Shown: piece by piece, positions 1 to 9,990 of the stretch
Numbering within the stretch: the first letter of the stretch is position 1
How the letters are laid out: the number at the start of each line of letters is the position of its first letter
Source of the DNA: Paecilomyces variotii
Taxonomy: Eukaryota
NCBI GenBank assembly: GCA_004022145.1
Contig: RCNU01000001.1
Direction: 5' to 3' (one strand)
Length of the DNA: 20,000 nt
Notes under the pieces: generated by a model
Database searches by the model: none
The model's input: only the letters and a program-made list of their open reading frames with translations
What the model was told of the DNA's origin: nothing
Position numbers and translations under genes: made by a program

Positions 1-148
1 GTCTTTTAGGTTGATTGAAATATTATCAATGCCACGTATTCTGGCATAATCACAACAGAATACCTTTTCTTCACTGTTAGAAGATAATATGACCTTACTA
101 CGACCATCTATTTCTTGGTCATCGGCGCTTCGCCTGACTCAAACCAAC

Positions 149-982
149 CTAGTAAAACACTGAAGAATAAACCACCTGCATCATGAGAAATTCCACCGGA
201 TACTGGTCCAGTATATTAGGCACAAGTTCAAGCCAGTCTGGTTTAAATCTACAGGCGATTGTGGCGTTGCAGAAATCCCAGAACTCCGGATACCATCCAG
301 CACTTTCCCAATCGAGTAGAGTGATTCTAAACTCTGGGGTTCCGTCTAGCCTTTCGACCATAATATTCTTCGGTTGAAGATCGCCATGGGTGAAAACAGT
401 ACGGTGGTTTTTCAAAGTCTCATTAACCATATTCCGCAATAATCGTATGTATGGGTCTGATTCTGTCTGACGAAGTCTCTCAAGAATAGCCAGATTCATA
501 TCTCCCTGATTTGCGAAGGGGCCTGAAATTTTAGGTTGTAGACCTTCCGTCCAGAACACCCCATCAAGATAAGGCTGGCGATTCAACATTCCCAAGTAAT
601 CTGGTGGAGGTATACTCCGTAGCTCCGTCATCGCGTCTTTAACCAAGTTGCTTATCGTAGCCTTTTCAACCGGGCTAAGGGATGGCAATAACTCTTCTAG
701 GGTATCGCCGGGGAGATATTCCATAATAATGTAAGTCTTGTTCGTGTTGGGTTCCTTGAAAGCTTCGAAGACTTTCGGGACTGGAACCTTGCTGTTTGCC
801 GCGAGGAACTTCACGTTTTCTGCCTCAATGAGGGATACGCCATAACCCATTTTCACTGCGAACTGCTCGTTTACCCGGACGACTTTGTCGGATGCGTCTG
901 GCGCGCTTACGAATTCCGTCGCGGCCTCGATCTCAGCGACAGTCGGTAGGCGAATGGCGTTCGAGGCCATTGGTTTTGACAT
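149..982 (-). CDS. Aminoglycoside phosphotransferase / choline-kinase-like (APH family, protein-kinase-like fold) enzyme, ~277 aa, intronless
   Basis: ORF 149..1021 (track starts at a TTG; first ATG at 982, second at 970). N-lobe AVK-G..EAENVKFL..VPVPKV..YIIMEYLPG, catalytic Brenner motif FTHGDLQPKNI and LLDWESAGWYPEFWD, all typical of fungal APH-family phosphotransferases. Confidence 0.88.
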   Translation of the reverse strand: MSKPMASNAIRLPTVAEIEAATEFVSAPDASDKVVRVNEQFAVKMGYGVSLIEAENVKFLAANSKVPVPKVFEAFKEPNTNKTYIIMEYLPGDTLEELLPSLSPVEKATISNLVKDAMTELRSIPPPDYLGMLNRQPYLDGVFWTEGLQPKISGPFANQGDMNLAILERLRQTESDPYIRLLRNMVNETLKNHRTVFTHGDLQPKNIMVERLDGTPEFRITLLDWESAGWYPEFWDFCNATIACRFKPDWLELVPNILDQYPVEFLMMQVVYSSVFY

Positions 983-1074
983 CTTATAGACAATGTTAAA
1001 TTCTCGATATATCACTTGCAATATAGCACAGGAGCAGGCTGAAGTGGGTTGGATTTGAATTTGGATTCAAAGTG

Positions 1075-1140
1075 GGTGTTTGGTTGTTGGAGAGGCTTTT
1101 GTTGTGGTAGTGGTGGTGGTTGTTATTGTTATTGGTGGGG
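1075..1140. repeat. Low-complexity (GGT/GTT)n tract, (CAA/CCA)-rich on the minus strand, upstream of the phosphotransferase
   Basis: gttgtggtagtggtggtggttgttattgttattggtgggg seen directly. Confidence 0.6.
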
Positions 1141-2129
1141 TGCCAGCACTAAGTTCATTACATAATCATTAATGTAGATCATGGCCCAGCGCCGTGAAAA
1201 TCCGTTTATGCCTTGCACCAGAATTCTAGTTTGACGCCGCGTCCATACCGGAGGATGGCTCATCGAGAAGGAGCACAGCAGGGTTGCCTATGAGGGCAAT
1301 ACCCAGCGAGAGCTTGCGTTTATTTCCGCCAGAGAGCTTGGCTGCCATCCGATTACCGTATGGCGTCAATCCCACGGCGAAAATAACTTCACGGACGTTG
1401 TGTTCCACATCAGGAACTCCACGGATGCGAGCATAAAATCGCAAATGCTCCAGAACAGTCATCTGGTCCATTGCATCAAACTGCGGACACACGCCCAAAT
1501 GGGAGCGTGCGGTTGCGCGGTGTCTCACCACGGACACATTTTCAACGAATATCTCGCCGTCGCTATTGGACGGTTGCATATCACCACGGATCAGGCTGAT
1601 GGTAGTTGTTTTACCTGCTCCATTCGGACCGAGAAGAGCGAATACTTCTCCCCTACGGACACTAAAAGTCACGTCTTGGACTGCGATGGACTTTCCAAAT
1701 GCTTTGGTCAGATGCAGCACACGTAGACCGTCATTGGCACTCGATACATGCATCAGTTCGTTCGAGATATCGCCATCAATATGGTGTCTTTCTTCCACAT
1801 CGTTATGCTTGCCCTTGTCCCTGAAACGAAAGAAAGTCGGGCCACTTTCCAGCCAAAGCAACAATCCGAAGAGGAAGAAAGTCTGAAGAATTAAGTAGAG
1901 GATAGGGCCACCGTAAAGGGTGATCTCTCCCGCATAAGGTGCGACCTGCCTATCTCGGCAAAGAATAGAGAAGATGTTCAATGAGACGAACATCGATCGG
2001 GCGAGACTGCCAACAGGCGTCACAATAGCAATTGTGAAATGCGCGATGTTGACATATGAATCGATCTTCGTCGTAGGCGCGTAAGTGAGCACCGAGAGAT
2101 AGGCGATAAAGTAGATAAGAAACATTACA

Positions 2130-2179
2130 CTATCGATGGTCAGTGGATATGCTGCTGGAGAAGAAGGCATTTGGCTTAC
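2130..2179 (-). other. Intron 3 of ABCA gene (50 bp)
   Basis: GTAAGC donor, CTGAC branch point, TAG acceptor; removal joins ORF 2176..4842 to ORF 1226..2311 (GGQ-C-VMF). Confidence 0.9.
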
Positions 2180-4908
2180 CACTGTCCGCCAGCGGCACAA
2201 GCAAAAGCGCCAAGCTGGGAACGCGAGAATAGGGAGACCACATAGGATATAAGAGTCGAACATAACCCATAGAGAAAGAAAACCACAAATAGATAGCCAG
2301 CGTGGTACCACGCGTCAGAAGCCGCTCGAAATATAACTATCGCAAGCACGCTGGTGATTAAAACTAGACAGAAGTCGAAAGCAAGATATGCGAGCCACAA
2401 AGGCAGACTCCTAACGCCGTTGCTGTAGTGTAGCGCCCTAACGTTCCTTAATCGTTCAACGGTGGGATAGAGGGCAAATAGAGCAGGGTACACTGCCATT
2501 GCCAAGCCAAAGTATACAATAAGCTGGAGCGCCTTTCCAACGTCAGGCTGCCATGGGATGTCGAAGTATTGGAATTGACTACCAATTGAGATGTTTGTGA
2601 TAAAGTTATCCAGGGCGTTCAGTGCCACGGACGAAAGTGCAATACCACCATTTCCTTTCCAAACGAGTGTCGGAGGAGTAAGCGAATCACCTACGTAGAA
2701 GCCTCCAGGAGTCACATTTGCGATATGATTCTCAAGATAATTGTCGAAATCTTGAATGGTGCCAGTCACATGCACATTGCGGGTTAGGATTGGGACTCCT
2801 CCTCCAGGGAGACTAGAAGATCCTGATAATGATCTGGCATATCCATTGAGCGCAGCAGGCGTGATCCGCTCCGGAGGTCCTGCGAGAAGTTCGAAGGTTT
2901 CCTGTGATGTCAAAGACTGAGGATCAGATGCGGTGTATGTGTCAGTACCCGAACATCCGGCCCTACTAAAGTCCTTCAGAAATAGCGTGACAAGTCCAGC
3001 TGCAATAACAGGAATGAGAAAGGCGACAGCATAAGGCAAATAATTGCGACGGAGGATGGTCGCTCGCTTCAGGAACAGTACCCAAGCTTGCCGGAACATC
3101 CCAATGCGTTCGCCAGTCAGTAGCTTAAGCTTGGCATCAGCAGACTTCTCCAATTCAGGGTTATCCTGCTTTGGCTGTTCATCAAGAGTTTCTTCAACAT
3201 CAGATGCCGGATGACGAACATCAAGTTCCTCTGCGACTTTGAGGAATACATCCTCAATTGTAGGGCCGCTCACGCGGTACTCCGTAATGCCCTCTTGCTC
3301 CAACATTGCCACAAACTGAGAAGCACGCAAAGAATCATGCACTGTAAATACTGTCTCATCAAATTTGACTTCTTTCGAAGTGCCCTCTAGCTGCAGAAGA
3401 GACGTCTTTCCAGAGCCTGGGACGTTATAAACATGAATCCGGTATCCTGAGCCTAGTGTATGTTTCAGCTCGACGCTTGAACCCTGCGCTTTGAGAACTC
3501 CTTTGGAAAGAATAGCAATATGGTCCGCAAGGAGTTCTGCTTCATCAAGGAAATGGGTCGTCAAGAGAATGGTCCTCGTCCCCCTTTCAGCCAAGAGGAT
3601 ATCCCAGATCTTTCGTCGAGAGATTGGATCCAAGCCAGAAGAGACTTCGTCGACGCAGCAGATAGATGAGCCTCCCGTGAACATTACTGCTAGTTGCAAC
3701 TTTCTCTTTTGACCACCAGAGAGTGTTTTGGAACGGACATCTGCTTTCCTGCCAAGGTCACAAGCTTCGATGAGATGTAACAACTGAGTGTTTCCGTCTA
3801 CACGATCGGTGCCCTTCAAGCGGTTGAATATCCAAACGTGTTCTTTCACAGTGAGGTTATCCCAAAGCACATTCTTCTGCGGGCAAAGTCCAAACCCTCC
3901 CGTATTGTTATCGTAATTGAGATCGATCTGGCCGGATGATATCTTGGTAAGACCAGATATAGCATCTAGAGTCGTAGACTTTCCAGATCCGTTAGCGCCT
4001 AAAAGGACCATTATTTGTCCTTTGACAACGTCGAGGCTCAAATTGTCGACCGCTAAGACAGTCTGCCGGCGACTTGCCAGTCTAGAAGCAATATTTCTGG
4101 AGAACCAGTTCGGTCTATAGAATTTGGTGAAGCTGTCAATCCTGAGTGCGCTCGATCCACCCAAGCTCTTGACATTCCGGTTATTCGAAGTAACCCCGTA
4201 CAATGCACGTTCGACGAGCGCTGCGCATATAGGGTAGACGATAATTTGAACAATAAGCAACACCCACAAGACAATGGCAGGGACTGTCCACGGGTTGTCT
4301 GGGGCCGCTTTAACCAGATTAGTTGGTAGGTTTTGCTTTTCCCAGCGCGCCATGAAGATGGAACACAGAACATAATTCATGGGTGGAAAGAGCAGGCTCA
4401 GAATGACAACAGCCGCATTTCCTGCGATATTAGCCTTTTGGGCTATTACTCCCAGAAGCAAGCATGCAACGACTGCAGATATGCCACTAAGTTGAGCTTT
4501 CCTAAAGAAAGCCGCCCCAAAAAGACAAAATGATGACAGCGCTAAACCGGTAAGGATATGGAGGCCAATGGTAATGCCAGCTGAGGTCTTCATATAGACA
4601 CCCAATTTCAGGATTAGGCCAGTTATGATCCACGCTGGACCATAGATAATATCAAGAGCAAGATGCGCTGCTGTGAACCGAGCAGCTTGTGATTCCCAAG
4701 CGGATTGATTCGGCATCATGGTGTCGATTAAAGCAGTCATACCTAGCTCACGCTCGGAAGCCACTAATCCTGTAAGCTGATAGGTAACCCCTACGATACC
4801 GACGAAAATAGCAACAGCCAATATGTCGATTATAGAGCCCATGTACCGCTCGCGGATCTGGTCTTGTCGTTGCGTTTTCGTTAGAGACGTGTAGGGATAC
4901 TCTAGGAC

Positions 4909-4959
4909 CTGAGCAGCCAGTCAGCAACCACGGTAGTCTAAACACGAAGAGAGTCAAAC
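4909..4959 (-). other. Intron 2 of ABCA gene (51 bp)
   Basis: GTTTGA donor, GCTGAC branch point, CAG acceptor; phase 0, gives PTQ|VLEYPYTSLTKTQRQDQIRERYMGS. Confidence 0.88.
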
Positions 4960-5443
4960 CTGAGTTGGAAGCGCAGATTGGTCAATCGTCGTGTTGACAG
5001 AGGCGATCGCCCTGTCGATGGAGTACTGAAACGGGAGAACATAGATCTCTTCATCGTTGGCACTCGCATCGACATTGATACGCTGTCCCAGTGCACCATC
5101 CGCCCGGACAGAGTAATTCCATATCCCCTGAGGACCCTCCTGTGGGGATGAATAAAAGACCGCAGCAGCGATACATGTCGAGACCCCACGAAGACTGCTA
5201 CGACAGACATCGCGCAGTTCGCTTTCTGCCGTCAAGATCTCAACGTTTGCTGTGGCTCTAGCAGGCTCAGCCACCTCTATGATCACCCGTTCGATATCTC
5301 CGCCCACAAAGCCATTGTTGACAAAGACAAGCTTATCCCTTCCGCCGCCGACAGAACCCAAGGCATCTGCCAAGGATCGGATCGGGGTTGGATGACCGAT
5401 TCCATAGACGGATGGTTCGACAAACAAATTACGTGCATATGAT

Positions 5444-5511
5444 CTGATCTCAGTGTCAGTCGCAGCACGAATACCGCAGGGGCTACTTAATGGCGGAGGG
5501 GGTCAGCAGAC
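5444..5511 (-). other. Intron 1 of ABCA gene (68 bp)
   Basis: GTCTGC donor, ACTGAC branch point, CAG acceptor; joins hydrophobic AFVLPVEFIIF to ISYARNLF in frame. Confidence 0.82.
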
Positions 5512-5598
5512 ATGAAAATAATAAATTCGACCGGTAGGACAAACGCTCGCAGCAGAGTCGTACACCAGGGACGGACCAGCGTGATGAGGAGGTTCTTC

Positions 5599-5660
5599 GG
5601 TGGGTTGGTCGCGAGGTCGCGAGGCGGCGTCTCGCGAGGTGGCGAGGTTTTTGTTACCAG
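5599..5660 (+). mobile_element. Putative DNA-transposon terminus (GGTGGGTTGG.. plus four TCGCGAGG-type subterminal repeats) interrupting exon 1 of the ABCA gene; family uncertain, possibly MULE-like
   Basis: ABCA-like coding ends at ~5597/5598. TCGCGAGG at 5609, 5617 and 5632, TGGCGAGG at 5640. The sequence then grades into the RIP block. The partner end was not found in the window. Confidence 0.55.
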
Positions 5661-6415
5661 TAGATTACTAGTAAATTACTATTTTATATTAAAATTATAT
5701 TAATATATATTAATAGGGAATAAAATCTAAAATTTTTAAATCTGGTGGGGTAGTAAGTATAGGTAAATCTTATCTTACAGGGCGGTAAGATTGTAATTGC
5801 TATATTTTATACTAGATATTATTAAATTTACTAATAGAATTAAAACAATTTAGTTATAAATTATAATTATACTACTCTATAAGACTAAGTAAATAACTGT
5901 TAGATCTGTATTAAAATTAAGTAAATATAAGCTATTAGTACTACTAAATAAATCTCGATTTACTAATAATATTTAATATTTTTTAATAAATATTAAATAA
6001 TAGATTATTAATATATATTAATATTTATTAATATATATTAGTAATTATTTAATATATTAGTATTTTACTAATAATATTTAATTATATTAAGTTATAATTA
6101 ATAATAATTTTAAGATTAAATATATTCTCTCTTTTTTTCTATATATATATATTATAAATATATAAAGTATAATTATAATTTTAAATTTAAAAAAGAATAA
6201 TATATTATAATTTATATTAATATAATTTAAACTTTAAATATTATAATATAAAATAATAAAATATAGTATTACTAGTAAATATTAAAATAATTATAAATAA
6301 ATATAAATTATATTAATAAAATTTAAATATATTAATATTTATTAAAATTATAAAAGAGTATATATTATTTAATTTATTTTATTTTATATTAATATAGTTT
6401 AAATTTTATTAATAT

Positions 6416-6649
6416 TATTATAGTACTAGTATAGAGGATTATATAAGGAGTTATATAATCTTATAAAGATATCTTTAGCGCATAGCTTAATCTGAATTTA
6501 AGCTCTTTAAGCTATATTTTATTTACTAAGCCTACTTATAATAGCTTATTTTAGTCTAAATTAGCTAGATAAAGATCTTATAGCTAGTTCTAGTATTAAC
6601 TATCTTATTCTATTTATTCTAACTTACTTCTTAAGCCTATACCTTAATA
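6416..6649 (+). repeat. 5' LTR of the outer (host) Gypsy copy, 234 bp, about 21 bp shorter than the inner LTRs
   Basis: Reverse complement of 6893-7147 and 12592-12846 (e.g. TTATAAAGATATCTTTAGCGCATAGCTTAATCTGAATTTAAGCTCTTTAAGC). Confidence 0.9.
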
Positions 6650-6892
6650 TTATATAGCTTTAATCTAGGAGTTAATACTATTAATAATATTTACCCTAAT
6701 TCTCTTATTCTTGCTAATAACTCTAGAAGAATTTATTAAATATATTATTATTAGCTATAGGCTAAAATAATATAATTATTATTACCTAATATATAAATAT
6801 ATTGCTAAGGCTAAGTTATTTATAAATAAGGCTAGTTAATATATTAAATAAATTAAGGTAAGATTTTAAAAACTTTAATAAAAGTTTATAGC

Positions 6893-7147
6893 TATTAAGG
6901 TGCAGGCTTAAGAAGTAAGTTAGAATAAATAGAATAAGGAAGTTAATACTAGGACTAGCTATAGAATCTTTATCTAGCTAATTTAAACTAGAATAAGCTA
7001 TTATAAGCAGGCTTAATAAATAAGATATAGCTTAAAGAGCTTAAATTCAGATTAAGCTATATACTAAAGATATCTTTATAAGGTTATATAATATTTTATA
7101 TAAGTATTAGCTAATAGATTTTTATCTCCTATATTAGTATTATAATA
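6893..7147 (-). repeat. 3' LTR of inner Gypsy element
   Basis: Ungapped match to 12592-12846 at offset 5699; adjacent to the PPT relic. Confidence 0.93.
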
Positions 7148-7259
7148 ATATTTCTCTTTTTAAAATTAAGCTTTATTAAGACTATTCTTTAGTTTTAGCT
7201 TATTTAAATAATAGTAATAGAAGTTAATAATAATTTTTTAAGTATATTATAGATAATAT

Positions 7260-7552
7260 ATAGGCTCTTTAATTAAATTATTATAACCTATTTATTTAAT
7301 AGTATATTATAATTAAAGGCTTTTATATCTATAATATTCTTATTAAGAGTTTAAAATATCTTTAATAACTTATTTCTTAAGGCTATTAATTTTAATAGGC
7401 AATAATAAAGATTATCTTTATCTAGATATAAGATCTTTAGCAATAAGATAAAGCAGGCTAATATTAAATATAAGATAAATATATATTAAGATAGGCAGGT
7501 TAAGCTAATAGATATATAGGCTAATAATTTTAATAATATAGAATAGGCTAAG
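7260..7552 (-). pseudogene. Integrase C-terminal GPY/F motif and chromodomain relic
   Basis: Raw minus-strand reading LSLFYIIKIISLYIY*LNLPILIYIYLIFNISLL is transition-compatible with LGPF.IIKV...AYQLDLP.SM.IHPVFNVSLL. It is followed by KK*VIKDILNS..YTIK*IGYNN (EEW.VEDILDS..YTVKW.GYDD). Confidence 0.85.
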
Positions 7553-8239
7553 ATTCTTCTAATTAAATTTCTTCTAAAAGTGCTAAATATAGATATTTTA
7601 GGTATTTAATTAAATAAACTATCTTATATAATAGCAGCAGGCTAAGATTTAATAATAGTTAATCTATTCTTTATAATAGGTTTAGATAATATAGATCTAG
7701 ATATAAATATAATTTATAATATTTTATATTTTTTTAATAAAAGCTTTAGTATTTTTAATAATAGGCTAGTTTATAAATTAAATAGGCTTAAATTTTATAT
7801 ATAGATAGAACCTATAATTAATAAAAAAGGGCAATATTTTAATAGTCTTAAAATAATAGGAGTTTAATATAAACTTAGCTAAAGATAGCTAGTTAACTTA
7901 ATTATTTTATAGATAGCTAATATAAGTATATAGATATTATTTTAAGATAGTATTTATTCTTTTAGTCTAACTATTAATCTTAAGATAATAAGTAATAAAT
8001 AGTAAGTTTATAATATCTAGATATTAAATTAAGTATTTCTAAAAAATAATAATAAACTAGGGGCCTTAGTTAAATATTATAATCTTTAATAGCTTATAAA
8101 GCTTCTATATATAATAGATATATAATTGCGCTACTCTTTTAATATTATAAATAGCTTAATAAAGAATAAAATACCTTATCTTTATAAATTAATCTATAAT
8201 AATTAATATAATATTATAATCTTAGTAAGATATAAGTTT

Positions 8240-8460
8240 AATAATAAAATCTATTAAGATATCTTATTAAAAGTATTTAGAGATAAAGAGCTAGTATAAA
8301 ACTTCTTAATAGCCTTTATTTAAGGATATAATATAATAATAGATATAGTAATTCTAGGTCTAATAATCTATATATTAGTATATATTTAGCTAATAGTACT
8401 TCTATAAGATTAAATTATAAAGCTTATATTTTTTAAAATATCTAGATATATATTTATTAT
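8240..8460 (-). pseudogene. Integrase Zn-finger / first catalytic Asp relic
   Basis: Raw YY*LNIY*YIDY*T*NYYIY (YYWP.M...V..W..NC..C) and *DILIDFIIKL (QDISMDFI..L). Confidence 0.75.
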
Positions 8461-9689
8461 AATATTCTTATAATAAGTAGGCTTTTAGCTTATTATAATT
8501 AAGAATATATAAATAGTTTTTATAATATAGATATTTTTCTCTTTATTAGCAGTTAGCTAATATAATCTTAAGATAGTAATTAGCTTTATAATCTAAGGCT
8601 TATAAAATAGACTATATTAAATTATTAAATAGATAAGCTATATCTAGTAAGTCTTTAATATTAAATAGATATTTTAATTTATTAGATATAGTAAGGGAAT
8701 TTAATTAGTTTTATTTAATAGGCTAGGCTATTTTTTTAATAAGCTAAATAGTCTCTTTAATAGACTAAATTATTTCTTTAATAGATTAAATAATTTTAAT
8801 AAGCTAATTAAGTAGTAAAGTAGATTAAATAAGTTCTTTAAGCTAAATAAATTAACTTTTTAGAGTAAGTTAAGTAAATATTCTTATAGATTTAATAAGA
8901 TTTCTAGCTTCTTAAGCTATTAGATTAGTAAAATAAATATATCTTATTATTTAACTCCTAATAATAGCTTCTAATTTTAGGGATTTTTAAATCTATAAGT
9001 TAAGGTTTTCTTTTTTTAAGACTATTTAGCTCTAATATTATAATTATTTATCTCTCTTCTTAAAAAGATTTTTTAACCTTCTAATTAAAATATTAGGCTT
9101 TATTTTTTATTTTTTAAATTAATATATAATTTAGAAGTTAAATTAGGATAAAAATTTAGACTAATAGGCTTATCGCTAGTTTAATAGCTTAATTAATATA
9201 AAATATTCTAAATTATAATAATCTGTAATAACTTTAATTAGCAATAATATACCTTTAAGCTTAGGGCGCTATTTTTTAAAGCAGCAGATAATTACTAATA
9301 GTTCTTTATTATAAATCTTATAATTATATTTTATAGTAAAAAGCTTCTTTAAAAAAAATATAATAAAATATAAGATTCTTTTATTATTATATTAGAATAT
9401 AACTTTAGCTAATATATAGTTAGATAAATTAATTTTAACTATAACCTTATAGGTCTAATTAAATAGCTTTAAGATTAAGGCTTAAATAAATACTTTTTTT
9501 AAGGCTTTAAAACTAAACTAATAGGTAAGTATCTAATTAAAGAGAACTCTCTTTTAAGTTAAGCTTATAAGCAGTATAATTATCCTAGAAAAATTATAAA
9601 TAAACTAATAATAAAAGTTACTAAACCTAATAAAGGCTTATATATTAATTATATAGGTTAGGGTCTTCTATTTAACAATTATTTTTATC

Positions 9690-9990
9690 TTATCTAGATT
9701 TATCTTAATATAGTCCCGGCTAATAATAATACCTAAAAACTTAATCTTAAAGATAATAAACTTATATTTTTAAATCTTTATATATAGACTTACTTTATAT
9801 AGCTTCTATAAGACAGTATAAATATATTAAATATATTTAAAATAAGTTATACTATAAACTAAGATATTATTAAAGTATATAATATAAAAAATATTAAGGT
9901 AATTTTATAGGGTATTATTAATAAACTATTAAAATATTACTAATGCTTTTATTAAGCTAAATAGTATTATTAATAATTTAAATAGGCTAA
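9690..9990 (-). pseudogene. Reverse transcriptase core relic
   Basis: Raw SLFKLLIILFSLIKALVIF**FINNTL*NYLNIFYIIYFNNILVYS corresponds to RIP-mutated GLFE.LVMPFGL..APATFQRFINDTLRDYLD.FC.AYLDDILVYS (YLDD region 9851-9877), followed by KFLGIIISRD. Confidence 0.92.

Larger units (their letters stand above)
1226..5597 (-). pseudogene. ABCA-subfamily full-size ABC transporter (TMD-NBD-TMD-NBD), truncated at both ends; exons 5597-5512, 5443-4960, 4908-2180, 2129-1226 (~1400 codons, frame open)
   Basis: Splicing three GT-AG introns joins KNLLITLVRPW..FIIFI|SYARNLFVEP..PTQ|VLEYPYTS..GGQC|VMFLIY in frame. NBD1: GANGSGKST, LSGGQ, CCVDE, TTH. NBD2: GPNGAGKTT, LSGGN, LLLDEPSSGMD followed almost immediately by TAG, with no H-loop. 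No ATG in frame in the stretch read upstream of KNLL (to ~5675), which runs into the repeat terminus. Confidence 0.85.

Noticed and set aside
149-982. Antibiotic-resistance APH gene of bacterial origin
   Set aside because: The motif pattern (DWE.AGWYPE.W) fits the widespread fungal APH-like family; substrate cannot be inferred from sequence.
983-1021. TTG start extension of the phosphotransferase
   Set aside because: Eukaryotic gene; in-frame ATGs at 982 and 970 are more plausible.
1179-1231. Helitron 3' end (TCATGGC-ccagc-GCCGTGA hairpin, then CTAG|TT) at the ABCA 3' breakpoint
   Set aside because: The stem is only 7 bp with a wobble and lies 28 nt from CTAG, farther than is typical; there is no other Helitron evidence. 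It could easily be chance.
1226-4842. Two or three separate ABC genes (bacterial-style operon)
   Set aside because: Canonical introns join the ORFs into one frame; the 'MVPRW..' start of the 361-aa ORF is off-frame overlap with exon 3.
183-5703. Short ORFs in the track (183-377, 1400-1726, 1566-1886, 3491-3712, 3917-4120, 4053-4373, 4333-4533, 4748-4957, 4938-5210, 5283-5468, 5512-5703)
   Set aside because: All are antisense or off-frame shadows of the APH and ABCA exons, with no recognisable motifs.
5960-6415. Near-pure AT stretch with short repeats (TTATTAATATATATTA x2, (TA)n)
   Set aside because: Such repeats are expected at this composition, and no structure could be supported.
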